Positions 28,891 to 38,370 of a stretch of DNA of 63,345 nucleotides are shown here, piece by piece. Location of the stretch: positions 1 to 63,345 of the forward strand of contig JBKJQR010000279.1 in assembly GCA_046593895.1 (NCBI GenBank), read 5' to 3'. Under the pieces are notes generated by a model that was given only the letters and a program-made list of their open reading frames with translations, made no database searches and was not told the DNA's origin. This DNA is from Gemmatimonadaceae bacterium. GTDB taxonomy: Bacteria; Gemmatimonadota; Gemmatimonadetes; Gemmatimonadales; Gemmatimonadaceae. A program made the position numbers and the translations under genes. Each line of letters begins with the position of its first letter. The stretch's first letter is position 1.

Positions 28891-29547
28891 ATGGACAGCC
28901 GAACAAAGATCCTCGACGCGGCGCAGCGCGTCTACGCCGAGCACGGGTTCCGCGGCGCGACGACCCGTCGCATCGCCGAGACAGCCGGGGTCAACGAAGT
29001 CACCATCTTCCGGATCTTCGGCAGCAAGGAGTCGCTCCTCGAGCAGGCCGTCAGGCCTAACGCGGCACGGCGCGAGGTCTGCGTCCTCACTGACCAACCG
29101 GTCGATCCCGAGGCCGAGCTCACCGCCTGGGTCAGTGCCCAACTCGAGTTCCTCCGCGGGCGACGCTCGCTGATCCGGCGGACGATGAGCGAGATCGAGG
29201 AGCGGCCGCAACTCCTCGAGTGCATTCGCGAAGGGCCACAGTGCGCGCACCGCGAGCTCAAGCGCTACCTCTCGGCACTCGTCAAGCGGCGCTGGATCGA
29301 CGTCAAGACCGACATCGATACCGGGATCGCGATGCTGATGGGCGCCATCTTCAGCGACGCCATGGGCCGCGAGATGATGCCCGAGAACTTCCCGCGCCCG
29401 GTCGCCACTGCCGGCTGCGCCTATGCCCGCTTCTTCCTCCGCGCCGCCGGACTGCGAAAACCGCACCCCGCAAAGGCGTCAGCAACCGCAGCGGACGCGC
29501 CTAACGGCCGCCGGACCACGAACAAACCAGGCATCACCACTCGATGA
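28891..29547 (+). CDS. TetR/AcrR-family transcriptional regulator
   Basis: Trimmed to ATG 28891. HTH ILDAAQRVYAEHGFRGATTRRIAETAGVNEVTIFRIFGSKESLL. Confidence 0.9.
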   Translation: MDSRTKILDAAQRVYAEHGFRGATTRRIAETAGVNEVTIFRIFGSKESLLEQAVRPNAARREVCVLTDQPVDPEAELTAWVSAQLEFLRGRRSLIRRTMSEIEERPQLLECIREGPQCAHRELKRYLSALVKRRWIDVKTDIDTGIAMLMGAIFSDAMGREMMPENFPRPVATAGCAYARFFLRAAGLRKPHPAKASATAADAPNGRRTTNKPGITTR

Positions 29548-31127
29548 CACAGAGATTCCCCCCGCACCGCTGGCTGTCCGTCGCCACCGCCACCGCCACC
29601 GCCACCGCGCTGCTCGGCGCCGTGCTCGGCGTCGCTCCAGCGCTCGCCGCGCAGGCAACCGCGGCCACGCCGACCGCAACGCCCGCCGCGCGCCCGCTCG
29701 CCCTCGATGAAGCGCTCCGCATCGCCGAGGAGCGAAGCGAAGGTGTGCGCATCGCGCGCGCTGGCGTGCTCCGCGCCCGCGGGCAACAGTTCCAGGCACG
29801 CAGCCAGTATCTCCCGCAGTTCAATGGCTCGGTCGCCTTCGTCAAGACGATCCAGTCCCAGTTCGACGCGCTGTCGAAACTGGGCGGCGGAGGTCGAGAC
29901 ACCAGCTCGAACAGCCTCGCCAACAGCCCGATCGCCAAGATCTTTGCCGCGCGGCAAACGCTGACGCTCGGCGTCAACGGGCAGTGGAACCTCTTCGCCG
30001 GCGGACGGCTGCTCGCCGCCAATCGCATCGCCGGCGCCGCTCGCCGCTCCGCCGAGATCGGGCTGGCCAGCGCGCTGGCCTCCCTCAAGCTGCAGGTGAC
30101 CGAGGCCTACTACGACGCCGGCCTCGCCGACCAGCTGGCGACCATCGCCGACTCGTCGCTCGCGCAAAGCGAGCGCACGCTCACGCAGGTGACACTGGCG
30201 AAGAACGTCGGCAACACATCGGAGTTCGAGCTGCTCCGCGCGCAGGTCACCCGTGACAACCAGCGCCCATCCGTCATCCAGCGCCGCACGCAGCGCGACA
30301 TCGCGCTGCTCCGGCTCAAGCAGCTGCTCGACATTCCCGCCGACGAGCCGATCGCCCTCGCCAGCGCGCTCACCGACAGCACGATCGCCGGCGTCGCCAT
30401 GGCCGACGTCGCGCTGCCTGACGCGCAACTCGCCGACACCAGCGCCGACGGTCGTGCCCAGGTTCGCCAGGTCGCCGAAGCGGTGACCGTGCAGCGAAAC
30501 CAGTTCCGGATCGCCCGCGCCCAGCGGCTGCCCGCGCTGTCGCTCAGCACGCAGTACGGAAAGATCGCCTACCCGACGGCCGGCATTCCCGCCTTCAATG
30601 CCTTCTATCCGAATTGGACGGTCACCGCGACTGTGTCGGTGCCACTGTTCACGGGCGGCCGGATCACCGGCGACGAGATGGTGGCCCGCGCGAACCTCAC
30701 CGAGGCGCGCGAGAACTATCAGCAGACGAAGGAGCTCGCCGCGCTCGATGCACGCTCGGCGACCGCCGATCTCGAGCAGGCGGTCGCTGCCTGGCGCGCC
30801 AGTTCGGGAACGTCGGAGCAGGCGGCAAAGGCGTACCGCATCGCCGAGGTGCGCTACCGCGAAGGGATCTCGACGCAGCTCGAGCTCGCCGAGTCGCGAC
30901 TGCTGCTCGAGCAGGCGGCCGCCAACCGGGCGAGCGCGGCGCGCAACCTCAAGGTCGCGCAGGTCCGCCTCGCGCTCATTCGCGACCTGCCGTTAGGCAC
31001 GGTGCAGGGAACGAGTGCCGGGGCGGGCAGCAGCAGCGGTCAACCACAGGCGCAGCAATCATCGTCGCAGGCGCAGGGCGCGCGCGGCGCGAACACTACG
31101 AACTCGACCGGGGGACAGCAGGAATGA
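29544..31127 (+). CDS. TolC-family outer membrane efflux protein
   Basis: ATGA overlap with tetR. Signal peptide and two OEP repeats (LDEALRIAEERSEGVRIARAG...; ...AKAYRIAEVRYREGISTQLELAESRLLLEQA). Confidence 0.9.
   Translation: MTQRFPPHRWLSVATATATATALLGAVLGVAPALAAQATAATPTATPAARPLALDEALRIAEERSEGVRIARAGVLRARGQQFQARSQYLPQFNGSVAFVKTIQSQFDALSKLGGGGRDTSSNSLANSPIAKIFAARQTLTLGVNGQWNLFAGGRLLAANRIAGAARRSAEIGLASALASLKLQVTEAYYDAGLADQLATIADSSLAQSERTLTQVTLAKNVGNTSEFELLRAQVTRDNQRPSVIQRRTQRDIALLRLKQLLDIPADEPIALASALTDSTIAGVAMADVALPDAQLADTSADGRAQVRQVAEAVTVQRNQFRIARAQRLPALSLSTQYGKIAYPTAGIPAFNAFYPNWTVTATVSVPLFTGGRITGDEMVARANLTEARENYQQTKELAALDARSATADLEQAVAAWRASSGTSEQAAKAYRIAEVRYREGISTQLELAESRLLLEQAAANRASAARNLKVAQVRLALIRDLPLGTVQGTSAGAGSSSGQPQAQQSSSQAQGARGANTTNSTGGQQE
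29583..29606 (+). repeat. Hexanucleotide microsatellite (GCCACC)x4 inside the TolC signal peptide
   Basis: Encodes (Ala-Thr)4. The unit length keeps the frame. Confidence 0.9.
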
Positions 31128-32266
31128 TCACGAAGAGGATTGTGTCGCACCGCGCGGCGATCGGATTGCTGCTGTTCGCCGGCTCGCTCGCCACCACCGC
31201 CGCCTGCAAGAAGAAGGACGCGTCGGCCGAGACACTCGGCGCCGAGAAGGCGATCGTCATCGGCCCGCAGGAGATCACGGTCATCAGCGAGCGCCGCATC
31301 GAGACCGGACCTTCGATGTCCGGCTCGCTCGCCCCCGATCGCGATGCGACGATCCGCGCCGAGGTGAGTGGTGCAGTGCTCCAGACCTACGTCGATCAGG
31401 GCACGCGCGTAAGCGCGGGCACTGTGCTCGCCCGCCTCGACGACACCGCGATCCGCGACGCGTTTCTCTCGGCGCGTTCAGGTGTGACCTCGGCGCAGAC
31501 CTCGGCCGATGTCGCGAAGCGTGAGCCCGAGCGCGCGCAGAAGCTCGTCGCTGCCGGCGCGATCGCCGACCGCGACGTCGAGAACGCAAGGCGCGCCAGC
31601 ATCGCCGCCGAGTCACAGCTGGCCGACGCGCGGGCCCGTTTCTCGGCGGCCGAACAGCAGCTCGCGAAGACGACCATCAGGGCGCCGTTCGCCGGCGTGG
31701 TCAGCGTGCGTTCGGTGAGCGCGGGCGATCTCGCGTCGCCGGGCGCGCCGCTGTTCACCGTCGTCGATCCGACGAGCATGCGGCTCGAGGGGTCCGTGCC
31801 CGCCGAGCAGGTCTCCTCCGTACGGTTAGGCATGCCGGTCACCTTCACCGTACAGGGTTATCCCGGCCGGTCGTTCACCGGGCACATCACCCGCATCAAC
31901 CCGGTCGCCGACCCGACGACGCGACAGGTGCGCATCCTCGCCTCGATCCCCAACGATGGCAATGCGCTCGTCGGCGGACTGTTCGCCGACGGACACGTCG
32001 CCAGCGAGGCGCGGACGGGCATCATCATTCCGGCGAGCGCGGTCAACCAGCATGACTTCGTGCCGACGGTGACGCGCATCCGCCAGGGCCGCACCGAGAA
32101 GGCCGCGGTCGGGATCGGACTGCAGGACAGCGGCAACGAAACAATCGAGATCACAAAGGGGTTGGCTGTCGGCGACACGGTCCTCGTCGGTGGCGCGCAG
32201 GGAATCGCGCCGAACACGGTGATCCAGGTGCGCGCGATCAGCGACCAGCCCTCGCAGTCGGAGTGA
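31124..32266 (+). CDS. RND efflux periplasmic adaptor (membrane fusion protein)
   Basis: ORF 30614..32266 trimmed to ATG 31124 (ATGA overlap with the TolC stop). Lipobox LATTAAC. HlyD/biotinyl-lipoyl-like and beta-barrel segments. Confidence 0.9.
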   Translation: MITKRIVSHRAAIGLLLFAGSLATTAACKKKDASAETLGAEKAIVIGPQEITVISERRIETGPSMSGSLAPDRDATIRAEVSGAVLQTYVDQGTRVSAGTVLARLDDTAIRDAFLSARSGVTSAQTSADVAKREPERAQKLVAAGAIADRDVENARRASIAAESQLADARARFSAAEQQLAKTTIRAPFAGVVSVRSVSAGDLASPGAPLFTVVDPTSMRLEGSVPAEQVSSVRLGMPVTFTVQGYPGRSFTGHITRINPVADPTTRQVRILASIPNDGNALVGGLFADGHVASEARTGIIIPASAVNQHDFVPTVTRIRQGRTEKAAVGIGLQDSGNETIEITKGLAVGDTVLVGGAQGIAPNTVIQVRAISDQPSQSE

Positions 32267-32273
32267 GATAACC

Positions 32274-35200
32274 ATGTTCATCTCGGATTTTGCGATCAAG
32301 CGGCCACTCGTCACCATCGTGGCGATGGTGGCGCTGGTCATCTTCGGCATCTTCGCGCTGCTCAAGCTGAAGACCGACGAATTCCCGGAAGTGGTGCCGC
32401 CGCTCGCCTCGGTCGGCCTGATCTATCCCGGCGCCTCGCCTGACGGTGTCGAGAAGGAAGTGCTCGATCCCGTCGAGGAGGCGATCACCGCGATCAGCGG
32501 CGTGAAGACGGTGCATGGCAAGGCCTACGACGGCTACGGCTTCGTCATCATCGAGTTCACCTTTGGCACGAACATGAGCGACGCAACGCAGGAGATCCGC
32601 GACAAGATCTCCTCCATTCGCGCCGACCTGCCCGTCGAGCTGAAGGAACCGGTCATCACGAAGGTGAGCGACACCGATCGGCCGATCGTCTCGCTCGCCC
32701 TGACGTCGTCGAACCTGACGCAGGCCGATCTCACCAGGCTCGCCGACCCGAAGATCACGCGCGAGCTCCGATCGTTAGGCGGTGTCGCCGAGGTGCAGGT
32801 GTTCGGCAAGGTGGAGCGCGAGATGACAGTCGAGCTGCAGCCCGACCGGCTCCAGTCGGCGGGAGTGAGCGTCGCCCAGGTCGTGCAATCGCTGCAGGCG
32901 CAGAACCTGGCGACACCAGTCGGCCGCGTCACCGGCGCCCTCGACGAGCGCTCGATCCGTCTCAAGGGTCGGCTCCAGAACGCCGAGGACTTCATGCAGA
33001 TGGTCGTCGCCGAGCGCGGTGGACAGCTCGTCCGCCTCGGCCAGGTGGCTGTTGCCCGCGACGGGACGGCGGAACCACGTTCGCTCGCCCTCTACAACAA
33101 CACCGACGCGGTCGGCATCGAGATCAAGAAGTCGCCCGGCTACAGCACGACCGATGTGAGCGACCGCATTCGCGCCAAGGTCGGCGACCTGCAGAAGGGA
33201 CTGCCGAAGGGCACCGAGATCAAGGTCGTAAAGGACGCCGGCGTCAAGGTGACGGCCGCGGTGAGGAACGTCGAGGAAGCGCTGATCGAGGGCGCGCTGC
33301 TGACGGTTCTCGTCGTCTTCCTCTTCCTCAATTCCTGGCGCTCGACGGTGATCACCGGGCTCGCACTCCCGGTGTCGGTGCTGGCGAGCTTCATCATGGT
33401 GCTCGTGCTCGGCTTCAAGCTCGAGACGATGTCGCTGTTAGGCCTGTCGCTGGCGATCGGGATATTGATCGACGACGCCATCGTGGTCCGCGAGAACATC
33501 GTCAGGCACGTCGAGATGGGGAAGGATCATTTGCGGGCGGCGCACGAGGGCACCGACGAGATCGGGCTCGCCGTCGCGGCGACGACCTTCTCGATCCTCG
33601 CCGTGTTCGTCCCGATCGGCTTCATGCCCGGTGTCGGGGGACAGTGGTTCAAGCCGTTCGCCCTGACGATTGCCAGCTCGGTGCTCGTCTCGCTGTTCGT
33701 CTCCTTCTCGCTCGACCCGATGCTTTCGGCGTACTGGCCCGATCCGCACCGGCCGGAAGACCAGAAGTGGTGGATCACGAAGAAGCTCGACCAGTTCAAC
33801 CACTGGTTCAACCGTCAGGCACAGAATTACAAGAAGGTGATTGCCTGGGCGCTCGATCACCGCGCGGCGATGATGGTGATCGCAATCGGTACTTTTCTCG
33901 CGTCATTCACGATTCCGAGCAAGGGGTTGACCGGGCTCGCGGTCGCGCTGCTGCTGCTGGCGATTGTCGTCTGGGCAATGGTGCATCGCGGGCTGGCGCA
34001 GCCTGTCCGGGTAGTGGTGGGCGTGCTTGGCGCAATTGCGTTCTTCGTCGCGCCGCGGATGATTCCGCAATCGGCATCCTTCCGCAACGTCGGCTTCGGA
34101 TTCTTCCCGGTCGACGACCGCGGAGAGTTCATCATCGCGATCGAGACACCGGCTGGCTCGAACCTCGAGTACACCCGGCAGAAAGCCGCCGAGATCGATC
34201 GCGTCGTCAAGCGGCACAAGGAAGTCCGCTACACCTACGCAACGTTAGGCGATGCCGCATCCGGCTCGGTGGACGTCGGCAACATGTATGTCCGCACGGT
34301 CCCGCGCGGCGAGCGGAGCAAGAGCATCGAGACGATCGCCGGCGAGTTGCGCGGCGAGTTGCGCACGATCGCCGGCGTTACGCCGTCGGTGTTCACCACC
34401 GACTTCGGCGGCGGCCGGAAGCAGCTCCAGTTCCAGCTCCGCGGCGGCGACATCGCGACGCTCACCCGGGCCGCCGACCTCGTCATGGCTGAGGTGAACA
34501 AGGTGCCCGGCGCGGTCGATGTCGGCCTGTCGACGAAGGGACAGAAGCCGGAGCTGACGGTCGAGCTCAATCGCGGCGTCGCCGGAACGTTAGGGATCAC
34601 TGCCGGGCAAGTCGCCCAGTCGCTGCGCCCGGCGTTCGCCGGGATCGACGCTGGCGACTGGGTCGATCCGACCGGCGAGACCCGCAACGTCGAGGTCCGT
34701 CTCGCGCCCGAGGCGCGACGCAACATCGCCAACCTCGAGCAACTCCCACTGGTCATGCAGGGACCGGCCGGCGCGCCGACCACCATCCCGCTCGGGCAGG
34801 TCGCGTCGATCGAGCGCGGCACCGGTCCGGCGATCATCGACCACCTCGATCGCGATCTCGTGGTCACGGTCGAGGCGAACACCGCCGGCCGAGCGAGCGG
34901 CGACGTCGTTGCCGACATCATGAAGCGGCTCGCCAAGGTCGCGCTTCCCGGCGGCGTTCGGGTGACCATTGGCGGCGAGTCGAAGGACCAGAATGAGGTA
35001 TTCGGGCAGATCTTCACCGCGTTAGGCACGGCCGTGCTGCTGATGTACCTGATCCTCGTCCTCCAGTTCGGCTCGTTCGTCGATCCGCTGGCGATTCTCG
35101 TCTCGCTGCCACTGTCGCTGATCGGCGTGATGCTGTCGCTGTCGATCGCCGGCCAGACGATCAACATCATGAGCATGATCGCGATCATCCTGCTCGCCGG

Positions 35201-35594
35201 CATCGTCGCCAAGAACGCCATCCTCCTCATCGACTTCGCCAAGTGGGCGCGGGAGAAAGCCGGGATGCCGCTCCGCGAGGCACTGATCGAGGCCGGGGCG
35301 ATCCGCTTGCGCCCGATCCTGATGACCACCTTCGCCCTCATCGCCGGGATGATCCCGGTCGCCCTCGGCCGCGGCGAGGGGGCCCAGTTCCGGCAACCGT
35401 TAGGCGTGGCCGTCATCGGCGGCGTGCTGACTTCGACCATGCTCACCCTGATCGTCATCCCGACGGTCTACGAGATCATGGACGACATGCGGGAGAAGGT
35501 TGCGCACCTGTTCGGCCGCAAGCCGTCGCAGAAGACCGCCGAGCATCGGATCCCGGTCACCGGCACGGCCGCGCTTGGCGAGTCGGGCGACTGA
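32274..35594 (+). CDS. RND-superfamily inner membrane efflux transporter (AcrB/HAE-type)
   Basis: 1106 aa with 12-TM architecture and two large periplasmic loops. Conserved LSLAIGILIDDAIVVRENI and AKNAILLIDFA motifs. Confidence 0.95.
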   Translation: MFISDFAIKRPLVTIVAMVALVIFGIFALLKLKTDEFPEVVPPLASVGLIYPGASPDGVEKEVLDPVEEAITAISGVKTVHGKAYDGYGFVIIEFTFGTNMSDATQEIRDKISSIRADLPVELKEPVITKVSDTDRPIVSLALTSSNLTQADLTRLADPKITRELRSLGGVAEVQVFGKVEREMTVELQPDRLQSAGVSVAQVVQSLQAQNLATPVGRVTGALDERSIRLKGRLQNAEDFMQMVVAERGGQLVRLGQVAVARDGTAEPRSLALYNNTDAVGIEIKKSPGYSTTDVSDRIRAKVGDLQKGLPKGTEIKVVKDAGVKVTAAVRNVEEALIEGALLTVLVVFLFLNSWRSTVITGLALPVSVLASFIMVLVLGFKLETMSLLGLSLAIGILIDDAIVVRENIVRHVEMGKDHLRAAHEGTDEIGLAVAATTFSILAVFVPIGFMPGVGGQWFKPFALTIASSVLVSLFVSFSLDPMLSAYWPDPHRPEDQKWWITKKLDQFNHWFNRQAQNYKKVIAWALDHRAAMMVIAIGTFLASFTIPSKGLTGLAVALLLLAIVVWAMVHRGLAQPVRVVVGVLGAIAFFVAPRMIPQSASFRNVGFGFFPVDDRGEFIIAIETPAGSNLEYTRQKAAEIDRVVKRHKEVRYTYATLGDAASGSVDVGNMYVRTVPRGERSKSIETIAGELRGELRTIAGVTPSVFTTDFGGGRKQLQFQLRGGDIATLTRAADLVMAEVNKVPGAVDVGLSTKGQKPELTVELNRGVAGTLGITAGQVAQSLRPAFAGIDAGDWVDPTGETRNVEVRLAPEARRNIANLEQLPLVMQGPAGAPTTIPLGQVASIERGTGPAIIDHLDRDLVVTVEANTAGRASGDVVADIMKRLAKVALPGGVRVTIGGESKDQNEVFGQIFTALGTAVLLMYLILVLQFGSFVDPLAILVSLPLSLIGVMLSLSIAGQTINIMSMIAIILLAGIVAKNAILLIDFAKWAREKAGMPLREALIEAGAIRLRPILMTTFALIAGMIPVALGRGEGAQFRQPLGVAVIGGVLTSTMLTLIVIPTVYEIMDDMREKVAHLFGRKPSQKTAEHRIPVTGTAALGESGD

Positions 35595-35661
35595 CCGCAC
35601 GATCGGGGCGGATGATCTCCCCGACCCCGGCGCCAACATTTCGGGGGCTTGTGGGTAATTT

Positions 35662-35694
35662 GACGGGGGCCGGCGATGACCGCCGGCCCCCGTC
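35662..35694 (+). terminator. Strong GC hairpin after the RND operon
   Basis: GACGGGGGCCGGCG - atgac - CGCCGGCCCCCGTC (14 bp perfect stem) followed by gtcttcg. The loop contains the ATG at 35676 that the ORF track uses as a start. Confidence 0.55.
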
Positions 35695-35711
35695 GTCTTC
35701 GCCACCCGCCC

Positions 35712-36731
35712 ATGCGACCCACGCTTCGCTCGCTCGCACCCGCCGCCGCCGCCGCACTGCTCGCTGGCTGTGCCAGCTTCGGCTCGATGTTTCCCTCGCA
35801 CGAGGATGTCTTCACCCCGATCGGGCCGACCGTTGGCGTGGCACGCATCGAGGGGAAGGACACCAGCTGGGCGCTCACCGGTCCCGGCTACGAGTTGACC
35901 AGCACCAGGCGTGCGTTGCTCCCGAGCGTGCAGGTCGCGCTCGACGGTGCGGCGGCCGACTTTCGCGCCTACTTCGTCGGCGACCCACCGACCGTGAACA
36001 TCGTCGCATTGCAGGCGAAGCGCGGGCAGCGTCCGGACACTGCGCTCCTCGCGCGCATCAAGGCGACCGGCGCGATTCCGGTCTTCGTCCGCCTCGGCGA
36101 CCAGGGGCGTGGCATGAGTGTCGGCCAGTCCGCGCCCGATCTCGTCTCGGTCGCGCCGGTGGTGCGGGCGTGGGTCAGTGCGATGGCCAGTGCCCCGCTG
36201 GCGGGGAGCGCCGCAGCCAGTACATCGAGCGCTGGCGTCCCGCGCTGGCTCGAAGTGTCGATCCCGGCGCTCATCGGCGGCTGGAGCGACGCCGATATCG
36301 TGTCGGCGCAGATCGGGATGCACCCCGATCGGATCATCGGACTCCGCTCGGTATTTTCCGGGCAGCGGCCAGCAACTGATTCGAGCGCCGGCCGCGATCG
36401 CCGCGCCGACGATCCGCTGAACGAGAACTTCGGTCGGGACGACCGCGGCAACCGGCGCGACGCTCCTGCCGCGCGGCGGAATCCGAAGGACATTCCCGCG
36501 CTGAGCGGCGGCGCGCTCTGGGACGCCGAAGCGTTGAGCATCACCAACTACCTCGCGACGCGCGAGGGCCGCCCCTTCGTCGGCAGCGCGACGCGCGCCC
36601 TGACGGGCGGCGCGTCGATGGACGAAGTGCTGGCTGGCGCGCGGATGGTGCCGCGCGACATCGACACCCTGGACCGCAGCTGGCGCGAGTGGCTCGCGAC
36701 GCAGGCCCAGGCGATCCGGGACGCGCGCTGA
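35712..36731 (+). CDS. Lipoprotein of unknown function
   Basis: ORF 35676..36731 trimmed to ATG 35712. This gives a canonical lipoprotein signal MRPTLRSLAPAAAAALLAGC. Confidence 0.6.
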   Translation: MRPTLRSLAPAAAAALLAGCASFGSMFPSHEDVFTPIGPTVGVARIEGKDTSWALTGPGYELTSTRRALLPSVQVALDGAAADFRAYFVGDPPTVNIVALQAKRGQRPDTALLARIKATGAIPVFVRLGDQGRGMSVGQSAPDLVSVAPVVRAWVSAMASAPLAGSAAASTSSAGVPRWLEVSIPALIGGWSDADIVSAQIGMHPDRIIGLRSVFSGQRPATDSSAGRDRRADDPLNENFGRDDRGNRRDAPAARRNPKDIPALSGGALWDAEALSITNYLATREGRPFVGSATRALTGGASMDEVLAGARMVPRDIDTLDRSWREWLATQAQAIRDAR

Positions 36732-36819
36732 CCAACGCCCGGCGCGGGGTGGCTGTACGGACACACGGGAGGCGACACTCGTTGCGGGGGAATGGTGACC
36801 CGATCGAGGACCGCGCTGC

Positions 36820-37380
36820 GTGACCGCTGATGACGCGGTGGATGCGGCTCTGGTCGAGCGCGTCCGTACCGGCGATGTCGCCGCGTACGATGAGCTTGTG
36901 CAACGGCACATGCGCCGCGCGCACGCTGTCGCGTTTCGTCTGCTCGGCCATCGTGAGGACGCGGAGGATCTCGTGCAGGACGCTTTCATCCAGGCACTCG
37001 ACAAGATCGACCGCTTCGATCCACAGCGCCCGTTCGCGCCGTGGTTCTTCCGCATCCTGACGAATCGCGGGCTGAACGCACGGCAGTCGCGCGCCCTGCG
37101 CACCGTCTCGGAGATCCCCGACGATACGGCGACAGCGGACGAGTCCCCGGCTGTATCGGCCGAGCGTGCCGACCTGCGGTCGCGGCTGCGCGGAGCGGTG
37201 GCCGCGCTGCCCGAGCGCCAGCAGCTGATCGTGCAGCTGTTCGAGATCGACGGATGGACGAGCAACGAGATCGCCGCAGCGTTAGGAATCGCCGATGGCA
37301 CGGTCCGCTGGCACGTGCACGAGGCGCGGCGGATACTCCGCGAAGCGTTAGGGCCGCTCCGGCGGCAGGAGCAGGGTTGA
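36820..37380 (+). CDS. ECF-type RNA polymerase sigma-70 factor
   Basis: GTG start. Region 2 (YDELVQRHMRRAHAVAFRLLGHREDAEDLVQDAFI) and region 4 (LPERQQLIVQLFEIDGWTSNEIAAALGIADGTVRWHV). Confidence 0.9.
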   Translation: MTADDAVDAALVERVRTGDVAAYDELVQRHMRRAHAVAFRLLGHREDAEDLVQDAFIQALDKIDRFDPQRPFAPWFFRILTNRGLNARQSRALRTVSEIPDDTATADESPAVSAERADLRSRLRGAVAALPERQQLIVQLFEIDGWTSNEIAAALGIADGTVRWHVHEARRILREALGPLRRQEQG

Positions 37381-37829
37381 TGACCGACGATCGCGAGGTG
37401 CACTCCGAGCCAATGCCCGATCCGCTGTTGCGCGCCGCGCTGGTCGACGCGTTCGGCGAGCTGCCGCCGGTCGACTGGGCGGCGATGAGCCAGCGGGGGC
37501 GCTCGGCAGCACTCTTCCGGCTTCGCGCTGCGTCGCGCGTCGCGCCGTGGTGGGAGCAGGTCACGCCATGGGCGAGCCGCCTCCTGCCGCTCGGCGCACT
37601 GGCTGCTGCCGCCGCGCTCGCGCTGGCGATGGTGACTCCGCGCCAGTCGCCGACCAGCGCCACCGCGGCCACGACCGTGTCGACGGCCGCCACCGACAGT
37701 CGCGACGCGGTCGCCGACGCGATCGTCGCGCCTAACGGCAGCGGCGCGGCTGCCGCGGTCGCCGGACCGGTGGACGATGATTGGTTCTGGAACGCGACCG
37801 CCGCGGCGCACCTGTCGGAGTCGCGATGA
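37380..37829 (+). CDS. Putative anti-sigma factor (single-pass membrane protein)
   Basis: ORF 37041..37829 trimmed to ATG 37380 (TGATG overlap with the sigma gene). Central hydrophobic segment LLPLGALAAAAALALAMV. The assignment is based on position only. Confidence 0.5.
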   Translation: MTDDREVHSEPMPDPLLRAALVDAFGELPPVDWAAMSQRGRSAALFRLRAASRVAPWWEQVTPWASRLLPLGALAAAAALALAMVTPRQSPTSATAATTVSTAATDSRDAVADAIVAPNGSGAAAAVAGPVDDDWFWNATAAAHLSESR

Positions 37830-38308
37830 CCGACGCGACGCGCACCCCGGGCGACGATCCGGAGATCGCCCCGCTGCGGCGGCCTGGCCGTCGCCGCGTG
37901 ATCGCTCTCCTCGTTACCGGCCTGGCATTTGTCGCCGCGGCCGGTGTTGCCAGTGGCATCGTGCTCGAGCGACGCGTCCTCGCGCGCCACTGGGAGCACG
38001 GGCACGGCGGACCGCGCGGATACAGCGGCCGGCATGGCCCGATGCACGCGCGGTTCGGGCGTGATCTCGGACTGACGCCGCGGCAGGAGCTGGCGATCGA
38101 TTCGATCTTCGCCCGCCATCGGCCCGCCATCGACTCGGCGCGCGTTGCATCCGGACCGGCGATCCGCGCGATCATCGACCAGACGCGACGCCAGATCGAT
38201 TCCGTGCTGACTCCGGAGCAGCGTGCGAAGATGCACGCCCGCATGCTGCGCGAACATCCGCCAGGGGATTCGATGCCCCACGACGGAATGCGACCGTCTC
38301 GGTTCTAG
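37826..38308 (+). CDS. Spy/CpxP-like periplasmic protein with LTXXQ motifs
   Basis: Trimmed to ATG 37826 (ATGA overlap). N-terminal TM or signal segment. LTPRQ and LTPEQ motifs within helical repeats. Confidence 0.65.
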   Translation: MTDATRTPGDDPEIAPLRRPGRRRVIALLVTGLAFVAAAGVASGIVLERRVLARHWEHGHGGPRGYSGRHGPMHARFGRDLGLTPRQELAIDSIFARHRPAIDSARVASGPAIRAIIDQTRRQIDSVLTPEQRAKMHARMLREHPPGDSMPHDGMRPSRF

Positions 38309-38370
38309 GCCAGCGCAACTGCACGTCGGCGCGACCCAGCGTTTGCGTCGGGCAATCCGTAGTAGCTGTC

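Noticed and set aside
35400-37811. Very long antisense ORFs in the track, for example 35400..37811 minus (803 aa), 833..2668 plus (611 aa), 11406..13016 minus (536 aa), 19750..21129 minus (459 aa), 15087..16454 plus (455 aa) and 53328..54623 minus (431 aa).
   Set aside because: They are Arg/Pro/Gly/Ala-rich low-complexity translations with no recognisable motifs. They lie opposite or out of frame to genes with clear family signatures. These are typical shadow ORFs, caused by the scarcity of stop codons in a genome of about 70% GC.
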